Below, piece by piece: positions 15,111 through 25,076 of a stretch of 32,000 nt of DNA; position 1 is the stretch's first letter, and the number at the start of each line of letters is the position of its first letter. This DNA is from Geobacter metallireducens GS-15 (GTDB lineage: Bacteria; Desulfobacterota; Desulfuromonadia; Geobacterales; Geobacteraceae), in assembly GCF_000012925.1 (NCBI RefSeq), contig NC_007517.1, positions 990,001-1,022,000 on the forward strand. The letters are read 5' to 3'. Made by a program: the position numbers and the translations under genes. Below the pieces are notes generated by a model. That model did no database searches. It had not been told where the DNA came from and saw only the letters and a program-made list of their open reading frames with translations.

Positions 15111-15472
15111 GTATTTAGACATTTGACTTCTTTGATATAGAGTTATTGCAATAAAACTATAAAGTTCTAGTGACGAACGTTCCTGATCTATTCTCTTTGG
15201 CCAAAGTGATGGGTATTATTATCGTTTTAGTGTTGTTTCCCCCTCTGCCCCTTTCAACCATTCCTGAGCGCAACCTCTCCTTGTCGAACAATCGTTTAAA
15301 TTCTCATTCTGTCTGTGTGAACGTGGCGTCGTTTTTGCTTCATTAATAACTGAGTGCCGGCGAGCGGTCATTTTTTTGTCTACTCGTGTAAATTAGCGGC
15401 CTGCACCTTGGTTGCAACGCAGGGCGGCTGTTGAACGGAACATTCAGCTTGAATCGATTCAAGAGGGCGAAC

Positions 15473-15554
15473 ACCGGATCGAAGGAGGTGAGAGGGGCCA
15501 ACCGGGTTCGCAAATTGTGATGTTGCAGATTTTGAGAGAAAGGAGGTCCACTGA
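15473..15554 (+). promoter_or_regulatory. Conserved 5' leader of Pcc module 2
   Basis: Counterpart of 10655-10737; see that entry. Confidence 0.6.
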
Positions 15555-16766
15555 ATGGGAATCAAAGGGTTTACCCGCCTGCTCCTGCTGGCCGGCGTCC
15601 TCAGCGCATCGAGCGGTCTTGCGGCCGAGATCCACGGCAGAAGCTCGACTCAACTCTCCTGGTTCAACAACTATTATAACGACAAGAAACAGGTTGAGCT
15701 TGGTGAGTACCTGCGCCTGTCGGTCACGAACCTCGACAAAGAGGGAAAGGCCTCGATCTACGGTTACGGTAGGATCACTCAGGACCTGAACAACGGCGAA
15801 GGATTCAACAGCAGGCTCTACTACCTCTATGGCGAGTATCGCGATCTGTACGACAAGGTCGACATCCGGCTGGGACGGCAGTTTATCAACCAGGCAGCGG
15901 GATCGGCCATTATCGACGGCGGCCAGATTGATCTCAAAAATGTCGGTCCCGTCGCATTGTCCGTGTACGGCGGTCGCAACGTCATCTTCGGCCTGGACAA
16001 CGAGTCCGGTCACGGCGGCGATCTCGCTTTTGGCGCCGCTGCCTACCTTCAGGGGTTCAAGAATACCGATCTTGAGGTGAGCTGGCTCCGGAAGTGGGAC
16101 CAGTGGGACATCGCCCGCGACACCCTCGGGGCGAGCTTCAAGCAGTACCTGTTCAACAGTGTCCGGCTGTACGGCAACACGAGATTCGACCTGGTTTCGG
16201 AAACATTCAACGAAGTGCTTGCAGGCGTTAAGTACTATCCGCTCAGCAACCTGGTCTTCACCGGCGAGTGGTATCAGAGCTATCCGACCTTCGACACTAC
16301 GTCGATCTATTCGGTTTTCGCCGTTGACCGCTACCAGGAGGCGGTTTTCCGCGCCGACTACACCTTCAATGACATGGTATCCGTCAACGGCGGGTACACC
16401 TCCCAGTGGTTCGGGGAAGGCGGGCGTGGTCATATCTATCATCTCGGGACCGGCGTGCGGCCCTTCGAGCCGCTGCTGATCAATGTCGAGTTCGACAACA
16501 ACCAGGGCTACAACGGCAAGACCAACGGCGTTCTGGTCGATGCATTCTATGATGTAACAAAGAGCCTTCAGGTAGCCGGCGGCCTCGGCTATGACGTCTA
16601 CAAGCGTGATGTCATGAACAACGATGAGATCGCCCGGACCTACTGGCTCGGCGGCAAGTACAAACTGGCCAAGAGCATGACCGCCTCGCTGCGCGTGGAA
16701 AACAACGTGAATGCCAGGTACGAGAACGACACGCAAGGACGCTTCGTCTTTGACTACGATTTCTAG
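15555..16766 (+). CDS. Outer-membrane porin-like beta-barrel (second OmbB/OmbC-like paralog)
   Basis: 403 aa with a signal peptide and a C-terminal ..FVFDYDF. Collinear with 10738..11955 at about 65% identity. Confidence 0.8.
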   Translation: MGIKGFTRLLLLAGVLSASSGLAAEIHGRSSTQLSWFNNYYNDKKQVELGEYLRLSVTNLDKEGKASIYGYGRITQDLNNGEGFNSRLYYLYGEYRDLYDKVDIRLGRQFINQAAGSAIIDGGQIDLKNVGPVALSVYGGRNVIFGLDNESGHGGDLAFGAAAYLQGFKNTDLEVSWLRKWDQWDIARDTLGASFKQYLFNSVRLYGNTRFDLVSETFNEVLAGVKYYPLSNLVFTGEWYQSYPTFDTTSIYSVFAVDRYQEAVFRADYTFNDMVSVNGGYTSQWFGEGGRGHIYHLGTGVRPFEPLLINVEFDNNQGYNGKTNGVLVDAFYDVTKSLQVAGGLGYDVYKRDVMNNDEIARTYWLGGKYKLAKSMTASLRVENNVNARYENDTQGRFVFDYDF

Positions 16767-16781
16767 AAAGGGGGAGAATCC

Positions 16782-17468
16782 GTGAAGAAATGGTTAATCG
16801 CACTACTGCTCCTCGCGGCGTCGACCTTCTCAGTTCAAATGGCGTTGGCTGACAAGATGTCGCACAAGGAGTACGCTTCGACCCCCATCGCCGACTGCAA
16901 TTCGTGCCACAAGGGAGAGGGGGTTGCCCCGAACCATGACACGGACTGGCTCCGTGGGCACCGGGTTCTTGCCGGCAAGGCGGGAAGCAACTGCTACCAG
17001 TGCCACACCCAGCAGTTCTGCCTCGACTGTCACAAGGGGGGCGGGATAGATGCCAAGCTGTCGACCCGCAACTATCAGCGTGACTATGTACCCAAGAGCC
17101 ACCGGACGGATTTCATCAGCATCCACCCGATCAAGGCCCTGGACAATCCCCAGAGCTGCAACCGCTGCCACGAGCCGTCCTACTGCAACGAGTGCCACAG
17201 CCGGTTCCCGAAGGGGTCCCTGCGGATCAAGTCGCACCTGAGGAGCGGCACCACCCAGACTTTCATCTGGAACAGCGAGCATGCCACCGAGGCCCGCAGG
17301 AACCTCCAGTCATGCCAGACCTGTCACCCTGACGGCGATGTCTGCCTGAAATGCCACGCCACCAGCGGCAAGGGCGGTACCGGCATCAGCCCGCACCCCA
17401 GAAACTTTAAGGGTGGCAACATCATCGATCGTAGCGACCGGTCCTGCCGGAAGTGCCACACCCTCTAG
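16782..17468 (+). CDS. Periplasmic octaheme c-type cytochrome (OmaB/OmaC-like paralog)
   Basis: GTG start after AAAGGGGGAGA. Signal peptide present. The 8 CXXCH motifs are CNSCH, CYQCH, CLDCH, CNRCH, CNECH, CQTCH, CLKCH and CRKCH. Confidence 0.85.
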   Translation: MKKWLIALLLLAASTFSVQMALADKMSHKEYASTPIADCNSCHKGEGVAPNHDTDWLRGHRVLAGKAGSNCYQCHTQQFCLDCHKGGGIDAKLSTRNYQRDYVPKSHRTDFISIHPIKALDNPQSCNRCHEPSYCNECHSRFPKGSLRIKSHLRSGTTQTFIWNSEHATEARRNLQSCQTCHPDGDVCLKCHATSGKGGTGISPHPRNFKGGNIIDRSDRSCRKCHTL

Positions 17469-17497
17469 TCTCACACCACAACAAGGAGGTATGCCAC

Positions 17498-18970
17498 ATG
17501 AAGTTGTCTAAAAGTCTGACTCTTTTGCTGGGAACAGCGGCCATGGTTGGCCTGTACGGCTGCGGTAGCAGCAATCGCGAAAGCGCCATCGATCAGCAGA
17601 GTGCTTCCTTCCAGGCGTCGGCTGGCTGTATCAGCTGCCACGCAACGAACAAGACCTCACCGGTCACCGGTGCCCTTATCGTTGAAGAGTGGAAAAAGTC
17701 TGCGCACAACACCAGATCCGGCGCAGCCTGTACCGACTGCCACACCAACAGCGGTCACCCTGACGGCGGCACTATTGTTAAAGCAGTTCAGGATACCCAG
17801 TGCGCCACCTGCCACACGGTCGCATCGCTGGCATATCCGCACTTCGCCAACTACACCACCAGCCTCGCGGCCCAATACGTGAGCCAGACCGATGCCGCCG
17901 GCGTGCAGTGCCGCCAGTGCCACAATCCCCACGATACAACTTCTCTTATCCAGTACAACAGGGACTGGGCTGAGTCAGGCCATGGCAGTGTCGAGTATGT
18001 AGCTGGTAACGCCAGTGCCAGCAGCGTCAACTCCCACTATCCCTGGACGACAGCCAGCCGTGACGCCTGCGCCAAGTGCCATACAACTTCGGGTTACAAG
18101 CACGTCATCGCTGGTGGTACTGCTCCGTTCCTGAGCAATAACAAGAAAAACGAAGCCATAATGTGTTCGGCCTGCCATAGCGACTACAGCTGGGCAAGGC
18201 GTACTCCGGGGGCACAGACCCTTGAGTACACCTATGCAGCTGCCGCCATCACACTGGATGATGCAGGGGACTCCAATCTTTGTCTCGTATGTCACTCTGG
18301 CCGCGGCAATATGCAATCCGCAAGGCCGACGAGAAATGGCTCTACATTCCACCACGCTGTTGCCGGCGCAGTATTGTTCAGCGCGAAGACCCACGTTGGT
18401 TATGAGTTTGCCGGACAGAATTATGTGTATGCTGGCTTTAAACATGACACTATTGGCATGACTGATGGTTCCGGGCCGTGCGTCAGTTGTCACATGAAGA
18501 GCACAAAGGGTCACACCTTCGGTGTCGTAACGAAGGATTCCAATGGTGCAATCACTGCAATCAACACTATCGCTACCTGTAATGCCTGCCATGCCGGTAC
18601 ATATGCCTTGACCCCGGCAAAACTCGAAGAGGAGTCGGCCGGTTACCAGCAAGCCGGCAACTTGCTGAAAGCCAAACTGACGGCCAAGGGGATCGTAATT
18701 CCGTCTAGTGGCACCACTGCTTATATCGCAGGTCTTGCAGCCAACGACTACGGTGCATGGCAGAACTCGTTCCTTACTTCAGACGAGCCGGGCGGCTACG
18801 CCCACAATCGTAAGTATGTCAAGCGTTTGATTTTCGACTCCCTGGATTGGCTTGATAACGGCACATTCGATGGCACCATCACTCTCAGTCCTGCCGATGT
18901 TGCGGCATATCCAGAAGCAGCTGCCTGGTTTAGGGCCGACGCAACAACAGGCGTGGCAGCCCGTCCGTAA
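17498..18970 (+). CDS. Outer-surface multiheme lipoprotein cytochrome (OmcB/OmcC-like), 9 CXXCH motifs
   Basis: The preferred start is ATG 17498, 8 nt after AAGGAGG (17483-17489). Lipobox LYG|C. Nine CXXCH motifs are spread through the protein. From memory, the C-terminal ..GGYAHNRKYVKRLIFDSLDWLDNG.. resembles the OmcB family tail. Confidence 0.75.
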   Translation: MKLSKSLTLLLGTAAMVGLYGCGSSNRESAIDQQSASFQASAGCISCHATNKTSPVTGALIVEEWKKSAHNTRSGAACTDCHTNSGHPDGGTIVKAVQDTQCATCHTVASLAYPHFANYTTSLAAQYVSQTDAAGVQCRQCHNPHDTTSLIQYNRDWAESGHGSVEYVAGNASASSVNSHYPWTTASRDACAKCHTTSGYKHVIAGGTAPFLSNNKKNEAIMCSACHSDYSWARRTPGAQTLEYTYAAAAITLDDAGDSNLCLVCHSGRGNMQSARPTRNGSTFHHAVAGAVLFSAKTHVGYEFAGQNYVYAGFKHDTIGMTDGSGPCVSCHMKSTKGHTFGVVTKDSNGAITAINTIATCNACHAGTYALTPAKLEEESAGYQQAGNLLKAKLTAKGIVIPSSGTTAYIAGLAANDYGAWQNSFLTSDEPGGYAHNRKYVKRLIFDSLDWLDNGTFDGTITLSPADVAAYPEAAAWFRADATTGVAARP

Positions 18971-18990
18971 CTTCTGCCATATCCTGCATA

Positions 18991-19021
18991 AAAAGCCCCC
19001 GCTTCGGCGGGGGTTTTTTTG
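18991..19021 (+). terminator. Rho-independent terminator ending Pcc module 2
   Basis: GCCCCCGC, loop ttcg, GCGGGGG, then TTTTTTT. Confidence 0.8.
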
Positions 19022-19069
19022 TGGTAGTCTATTACTTGCCTTTGGGCAAATACACTACGGAGGACTTCC

Positions 19070-19525
19070 ATGAAAAAAATCGTTCTGTTCCTGCTTGCGC
19101 TGACCTTCACTGCTACTGCTGCCCTGGCTGCCGGTGGTCTTGACTACTTTCTCGGCAACCTCAACGTGCAGGCCCGTGCCGACATGAGCGGCTTTGCCGG
19201 CAGGCTGAGCGCCCAGTTCGGCGTGCCCGGCGTTCAGGTGAGTGCCACCCTGGGCACGGTGAAGGAGCCGGCCGATGCCTTCATGATCTACCAGTTGGGC
19301 CAGATGACCCATCAACCATACCAGAGGGTACTCCAGACCTATCAGTCCAATCGGGGAAAGGGATGGGGCGTGATTGCCAGAAGTCTCGGCATCAAGCCCG
19401 GTTCGGCCGAGTTCCACGCCCTCAAGAGGGGAGATTTCGCCCTGACCGGAAGGCCGGGCAGCACGTGGGAGCAAAGGGATGACTACGGCAAAGGGAAGGG
19501 AAGAGGGAAGGGGCACAACAAATAG
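19070..19525 (+). CDS. Small secreted protein of unknown function with a Lys/Gly-rich tail
   Basis: RBS GGAGGA upstream. Signal peptide MKKIVLFLLALTFTATAALA|AGG. Internal GWGVIARSLGIKPGSAEFHALKRG motif. C-terminal GKGKGRGKGHNK. Confidence 0.6.
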   Translation: MKKIVLFLLALTFTATAALAAGGLDYFLGNLNVQARADMSGFAGRLSAQFGVPGVQVSATLGTVKEPADAFMIYQLGQMTHQPYQRVLQTYQSNRGKGWGVIARSLGIKPGSAEFHALKRGDFALTGRPGSTWEQRDDYGKGKGRGKGHNK

Positions 19526-19588
19526 AGAAGAAAAGGGGGATCGTCCCTCTCTATTTTGAAAAGGCCCATTTGCCGGGAAGTGAAAGCC

Positions 19589-19930
19589 ATGGGACAGACG
19601 TTTAGACCCCGCCGATCGGGAAAGCCGGCCGAAAAGAGCCAGGCAGAACTTGACGAGATGGTGCGGCGGATGCGGGGGGAGCAGAGCGCTTCCGGCAGCT
19701 ACCGGGAGCAGTCGTTGAAAATCCACGGCTGGATCTGCGCCAAGTGCGGCCGCGAGTTCGATCTCGCAAACCTCCATCTCCTCACAGTGCATCACCGGGA
19801 TGGGAACCATCTCAATAATCCCCCCGACGGGAGCAACTGGGAGAATCTCTGCGTCTGGTGCCACGATGACGAGCACAGCCGCGGGGTGCTGGGGGATTAC
19901 CTGAACGACGGCGAATCGCGGAGGAAATGA
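19589..19930 (+). CDS. yajD: YajD-like HNH nuclease family protein
   Basis: ..YREQSLKIHGWICAKCGREF..LTVHHRDGNHLNNPPDGSNWENLCVWCHDDEHS.. matches the YajD pattern I recall from E. coli (..VHHID.DH.NNP.DGSNWE.LC..CHD.EHS), and the size is similar (113 aa). The start could instead be TTG 19556. Confidence 0.75.
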   Translation: MGQTFRPRRSGKPAEKSQAELDEMVRRMRGEQSASGSYREQSLKIHGWICAKCGREFDLANLHLLTVHHRDGNHLNNPPDGSNWENLCVWCHDDEHSRGVLGDYLNDGESRRK

Positions 19931-19963
19931 AAAAAGCCCCGGCCTGAAAAGGTCGGGGCTTTC
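19931..19963. terminator. Bidirectional hairpin terminator between yajD (+) and purC (-)
   Basis: GCCCCGGCC (19936-19944) / GGTCGGGGC (19951-19959). It is flanked by AAAAA upstream, which gives a U-tract on the minus strand, and by TTT downstream. Confidence 0.65.
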
Positions 19964-20002
19964 GTGTGTCGGGAGCGTACCGGTTTGAATCGGAGTTGGC
20001 GA

Positions 20003-20893
20003 TTACTTCCCTTTCCCCGTGAGCCGCACCAGGGCCTCCATGTATTTTTCGCCAGTCTTCTTGACGATCTCGGCGGGGAGCGGCGGGGCCGGAGCGGTCT
20101 TGTTCCAGTCGAGGGTCTCCAGGTAGTCCCGCAGGAACTGCTTGTCGAAGGAGGGCTGCGCCCCGCCCGGCTTGTAGCTGTCCTTGGGCCAGAAGCGGGA
20201 TGAGTCGGGGGTCATGCACTCGTCGATGATGATCAGTTCGCCGTTGTAAATGCCGTATTCGAACTTGGTGTCGGCAATGATGATCCCCTTGGCGTCGGCG
20301 ATGTCCCGGGCCCGCTTGTAGATGGCGATGGTGACGTCGCGCACCTTCCCGGCCAGTTCCTTCCCCATCATTTCGACCATCCTGTCGAAGGAGATGTTCT
20401 CGTCGTGGGTGCCGAGCTCGGCCTTGGTGGAGGGGGTGAAGATCGGCTCCTCCAGCTTGTCGGATTCCACGAGCCCTGCCGGGAGCTTGATGCCGCAGAT
20501 GGAACCGGTGGCCTTGTAGTCCTTCCACCCGGAGCCGGAGATGTAGCCCCGCACGATGCACTCCGCCGGGAGGGGGTTCGCCTTCTTGACCAGCATGGAG
20601 CGCCCTTCCAGGTCGGCGGCGTACTTCTGGCACTCGGCCGGGAAGTCCTTTACCTCGGTGGAGATGATGTGGTTCGGGATGATGTCCTCCATCTGGCGGA
20701 ACCAGAAGGCGGAGATCTGGGTGAGGACGTACCCCTTGTCCGGGATCCCCTCGTTCATGATGACGTCGAAGGCGGAAATCCGGTCGGTGGTAACGATCAG
20801 CAATGCTTCGCCCAGGTCATAGATGTCGCGGACCTTGCCGCGGGCCACAAGCTTCAGATCGGGGAAGTCGGTTTTGAGGACCAGGTTTGCCAT
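20003..20893 (-). CDS. purC: Phosphoribosylaminoimidazole-succinocarboxamide (SAICAR) synthase
   Basis: 296 aa. ..[30 protein letters not shown].. and ..[11 protein letters not shown].. are hallmark PurC motifs. Confidence 0.92.
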   Translation of the reverse strand: MANLVLKTDFPDLKLVARGKVRDIYDLGEALLIVTTDRISAFDVIMNEGIPDKGYVLTQISAFWFRQMEDIIPNHIISTEVKDFPAECQKYAADLEGRSMLVKKANPLPAECIVRGYISGSGWKDYKATGSICGIKLPAGLVESDKLEEPIFTPSTKAELGTHDENISFDRMVEMMGKELAGKVRDVTIAIYKRARDIADAKGIIIADTKFEYGIYNGELIIIDECMTPDSSRFWPKDSYKPGGAQPSFDKQFLRDYLETLDWNKTAPAPPLPAEIVKKTGEKYMEALVRLTGKGK

Positions 20894-20933
20894 GGCTCAG
20901 TCTCCTTTTTCGTAAATCGTGTGATAGTGCCCG

Positions 20934-22520
20934 CTACTGATCCTTGAGGGCAGGGTTGATCTCGATCTTCGCCTTCGCGCGCAGCTCCTTGAGCCACTTC
21001 TGCAACTCTTCCTCCTGCTTTTTCGGGAGGAGTTCCTGCTTGATCTTTTCCTTCTCGGCCGGGAAGGCGGCAGCGTTCAGCTCGGTGCGCTCCTTGAGCC
21101 TGAAGGCGACCCAGCGGTTGCCGATCTTGACGGGAGCCTGGGGGGCGGGGGCCTTGTCGGTCAGCGTGAAGGCCGCTTCCATGAGTTCGGGCGATGTCCC
21201 GATCACCGGAACGTTCCCCTTGGCGTCAAAGGCAAAGCTTCCGGTCTCCTGCAGCTTGAGGCCGGCCGTGTCTCCCTTGGCGAGCTTCGCCTGGGCCTCC
21301 TCGGCCTTCTTCTTGGCGAGTTCCACCGCCCTGACGGCCTTGGCCCTTTCTTCGACCTTCGCGCGAATCTGGGCCAGCGGCGGCACGTCGGAGGGTTTGC
21401 GCTCCTTGAGCTTCAGGATGTAGATCCCCTTGGGGGTCTCCACCGGGCCGCCCAACTCATTCTGCTTGAGGAGGAATGCCCGCGTGAGCACTTCTTTCTC
21501 GCCGGCCAGGGCCGGTGCGGGAGCTTTTGCGGTAAAGAGCGGGGTTTCGCTGACGGCCACTCCCAGTTCCCGGGCCACGGCGGCCAGATCCCCTGCGGTC
21601 TTATGCTTGTTCACGGAGGCAGCGGCAAGCTCGTAGGCCTTCTGACCCGCATAGAAACGCTGGGCGTCGGCCTTCACCTGCTCCTTGACCTCGGCCAGGG
21701 GGAGGATGCCTCCCTTGCCCTGGTAGCGGTCGATGTTCTTCTGGTACCAGGACTGGATGTCGGCCTCGGTAACCTCCACCTTTCCTGCTAGCTTGGCCGG
21801 GTCGGCCAGGACGTAGGAGACGCTTATCTGCTCTGGAGTCTTGAACTCATTCTGGTTCTTGGCGAGGAAGTCGGTGAGTTCCTGGTCGGAGAGTTTGATC
21901 TCCCCCTTGAGCTCTTCCGGCGAAAAGGAGGTGAACTGGAGATTGAGCCGGTCGTTCCTTTTTTTGTAGAGCTGCCGCGCCGCATCATCGGTGACCTGGA
22001 CCTTCGCCTTGATCTGGTCCTGGGCCTTTTTCACCATGAGCTCGTCCTTCTGGCCCGCCTCGAACTCCTTGGGAGCGAGCCGGTTCGCCTTGAGGACGGC
22101 GAAGTACTGGGCGGAGTCAAAGGCGCCGTTTTTCTGGAACGCGGGGATGGCGGCGATGGCCTTCTGCACCTCTTCTTCGGATACCTTTACCCCCATGTCT
22201 TTGGCGGCCTTCCGCAACAGCGCCGCATCGATGAGGGAGTCCAGGGCCTGTTTCTTCAGGTTGAGCTGCTTCTCCACCTCGGGAGTGAGGGCCGGACCGT
22301 AAATCTGGGTGTAGATGTCGCGCAGACGGTAGTAGGTTCGCTGGAATTCTTCGTAACTGACCTTGGTGCGATCCACCTTGACGGCATAACTCGACGGGGT
22401 GAGTCCCCCGTCACCCTTGCCCCAGACAAGAAAAATGGTGCCGATGAAGCTGAGGACGATGAGGCCGAAGACCACCTTGATGACGATGGACTGCTTGTAC
22501 TTTCGCATGATGCCGAGCAT
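20934..22520 (-). CDS. ppiD: PpiD-type periplasmic chaperone / peptidyl-prolyl isomerase, membrane anchored
   Basis: The preferred start is the ATG at 22520 (MLGIMRKYKQSIVIKVVFGLIVLSFIGTIFL), preceded by AAAGGAG. It has an N-terminal TM anchor and a long SurA-N-like helical region. The upstream 37 codons of the tracked ORF were discarded. Confidence 0.7.
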   Translation of the reverse strand: MLGIMRKYKQSIVIKVVFGLIVLSFIGTIFLVWGKGDGGLTPSSYAVKVDRTKVSYEEFQRTYYRLRDIYTQIYGPALTPEVEKQLNLKKQALDSLIDAALLRKAAKDMGVKVSEEEVQKAIAAIPAFQKNGAFDSAQYFAVLKANRLAPKEFEAGQKDELMVKKAQDQIKAKVQVTDDAARQLYKKRNDRLNLQFTSFSPEELKGEIKLSDQELTDFLAKNQNEFKTPEQISVSYVLADPAKLAGKVEVTEADIQSWYQKNIDRYQGKGGILPLAEVKEQVKADAQRFYAGQKAYELAAASVNKHKTAGDLAAVARELGVAVSETPLFTAKAPAPALAGEKEVLTRAFLLKQNELGGPVETPKGIYILKLKERKPSDVPPLAQIRAKVEERAKAVRAVELAKKKAEEAQAKLAKGDTAGLKLQETGSFAFDAKGNVPVIGTSPELMEAAFTLTDKAPAPQAPVKIGNRWVAFRLKERTELNAAAFPAEKEKIKQELLPKKQEEELQKWLKELRAKAKIEINPALKDQ

Positions 22521-22642
22521 TCGCGAGGACTCCTTTGCGTGAGGGAAATCGGTGCCGTAACCCCTGAAACAACGGGTTCGCATAGTACTATAACCTGCCT
22601 TGCAAAAGCAACATTGAATACTCCCGGTCAAGCTTTTCCCCC

Positions 22643-22671
22643 TTGCATGCCCAGGGGGTTTCTGCTACGAT
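22643..22671 (+). promoter_or_regulatory. Candidate sigma70 promoter for mreB
   Basis: TTGCAT (22643-22648), a 17-nt spacer, then TACGAT (22666-22671), about 50 nt upstream of the mreB ATG. Confidence 0.35.
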
Positions 22672-22718
22672 GCAACGCTTCGAAAAAGCTCACTTTCGCG
22701 CACTATGAAAGGGATTAG

Positions 22719-23765
<1,047 letters not shown>

Positions 23766-23772
23766 TTCGACC

Positions 23773-23807
23773 CCTGTCCGCCGTGCGGGAGAAGCGCCGC
23801 GGACAGG
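23773..23807 (+). other. 9-bp stem hairpin just after mreB (no U-tract)
   Basis: CCTGTCCGC (23773-23781) / GCGGACAGG (23799-23807). It could be a partial terminator or an RNA-processing site. Confidence 0.3.
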
Positions 23808-23911
23808 CCCGTTATAAGAAGCCGCATGGATGACGCGTCGCCGGGAAGAACTGACTTCCCCGTCGACAGGCCGTCCATGCGGTTTGCTCGTTTTCCGACC
23901 CGCAGTTCACC

Positions 23912-25006
23912 ATGCTACCCGCAGGCGTGACGATTCCCATGACACCCTTCACTGTCGACATACTCATTCCCATCTGGAACCGGCCCGTTGAAACTCGCAA
24001 CTGCCTGGTCACCCTCATGGAGACCACCCCTTCCGCCCGCCTCATTCTCATTGACAACGGCAGCGACCGGGAAACCGAACGGCTTCTGGAAGAGTTCTCC
24101 GAGATTCTCGGGGAGCGTGCGCTCTTCCTGAAGACCAGCGCCAATCAGGGCTTCGTCAGGGCAGTGAACCGCAGTCTCGCCCAGGTGGAAGCTCCCTATG
24201 CGGTCGTTATGCAGAACACAACCCTGGTGACAAGGGGGTGGCTGGAGCCGATGGTGGAGTTGGCCGATTCCCGCCCCGATGCGGGTATCATCGTGCCGCG
24301 CCTGGAGCTTGAGGACGGACAGGGGCGAAGGCCGAAAGCCGCGCCACCTGCCGGGCCGGTCACCGAGGTGTCCCATGGGTCCTTTGCCGCCTCCATGGTT
24401 CGGAGAGAGCTCGTGGAACGCCAGGGGGGCTTCGACGAAGAGCTCGACGGTGGTCCCTGGTGCCTCAGGGACTATTCCCGCCGTGCCTTCAGAAACGGGT
24501 TTCTGACCTTAGCCCTCGATGGGGCCGTGGTGACCTATGCCGAAGAGGTTCCCCTCGGCTCCGTTGCCCGGAGGGAGGAGACCGTCCGGCGGAGCGCCGA
24601 AACGTGCCGCGCCCGGTGGGGACGGGAGGATGCCTTTTGCATCTATTTCCCCAAGGATGCCGAGCCCGAAGCGGTTCATGGGAAGCTCGACGTCATCCTC
24701 CGGGGAGCCCGCATGGGGCAGTGCTTTACCCTCATTCTCCACCCGGGGCTCCACAAATCCCTCATGGAAACCGGCCACGCCCCCCTTCACAGCAACATCG
24801 CCCTGGCGCCTCTTCCCCGCTTCTTCGCCACCGGTGAAATTCGCAAAATCATCGGGAAACTTGCTTCCGTTCGCGGCGATACGGTAACGGTCGCCGGCGT
24901 CGACGGCCTCTCCATTCCAGGGGTGGAGGGGGCCAGGTCCTTCAGCTGGCTTGCGGATGAAATCCGGCGCCGGCACGAGTCCCTGTACCGCCCTGAATCC
25001 CCTTGA
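23912..25006 (+). CDS. Family-2 glycosyltransferase with an uncharacterised C-terminal region of about 140 aa
   Basis: ..VDILIPIWNRPVETRNCLVTLMETTPSARLILIDNGSDRET..ANQGFVRAVNRSL.. is a GT2 (GT-A, DxD-type) N-terminal domain. The start may be ATG 23912 or ATG 23939. Confidence 0.7.
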   Translation: MLPAGVTIPMTPFTVDILIPIWNRPVETRNCLVTLMETTPSARLILIDNGSDRETERLLEEFSEILGERALFLKTSANQGFVRAVNRSLAQVEAPYAVVMQNTTLVTRGWLEPMVELADSRPDAGIIVPRLELEDGQGRRPKAAPPAGPVTEVSHGSFAASMVRRELVERQGGFDEELDGGPWCLRDYSRRAFRNGFLTLALDGAVVTYAEEVPLGSVARREETVRRSAETCRARWGREDAFCIYFPKDAEPEAVHGKLDVILRGARMGQCFTLILHPGLHKSLMETGHAPLHSNIALAPLPRFFATGEIRKIIGKLASVRGDTVTVAGVDGLSIPGVEGARSFSWLADEIRRRHESLYRPESP

Positions 25007-25076
25007 GTGAAACCGGGTGACACCTCCGGGCGATTCGGATAAATTTGAAGATCATACAGATTTCCAGGAGGATGCA

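Noticed and set aside
15401-15415. Sigma54-like promoter CTGCAC-cttgg-TTGC upstream of module 2
   Set aside because: The spacing and the -12 TTGC fit, but the invariant -24 GG is TG here. No counterpart exists upstream of module 1. This is too weak to call.
15410-15480. Possible GEMM-I (cyclic-dinucleotide) riboswitch upstream of the second porin gene (ACGCAGGGC...GGGCGAACACCGG)
   Set aside because: There is only superficial resemblance to the GEMM-I consensus as I remember it. The two-hairpin layout with GNRA tetraloop/receptor and the ACGCAAAGCC box are not present.
10828-16736. Minus-strand ORFs 10828..11784 (318 aa) and 15459..16736 (425 aa), antisense to the two porin genes
   Set aside because: They mirror the real beta-barrel genes. 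Their Val/Asp/Gly-rich translations lack signal peptides or motifs, and they occur in parallel only because the sense genes are paralogs.
17453-17497. 15-codon N-terminal extension (MPHPLVSHHNKEVCH) of the OmcB-like cytochrome ORF
   Set aside because: It overlaps the upstream cytochrome gene end. ATG 17498 is ideally spaced from AAGGAGG and starts a proper lipoprotein signal peptide.
23920-23932. An 11-nt match (CCCGCAGGCGT) to the core of the polyamine-locus element at the start of the glycosyltransferase gene
   Set aside because: It is short, lies inside or next to coding sequence, and lacks the flanking hairpin and helices. It is most likely a chance match in GC-rich DNA.
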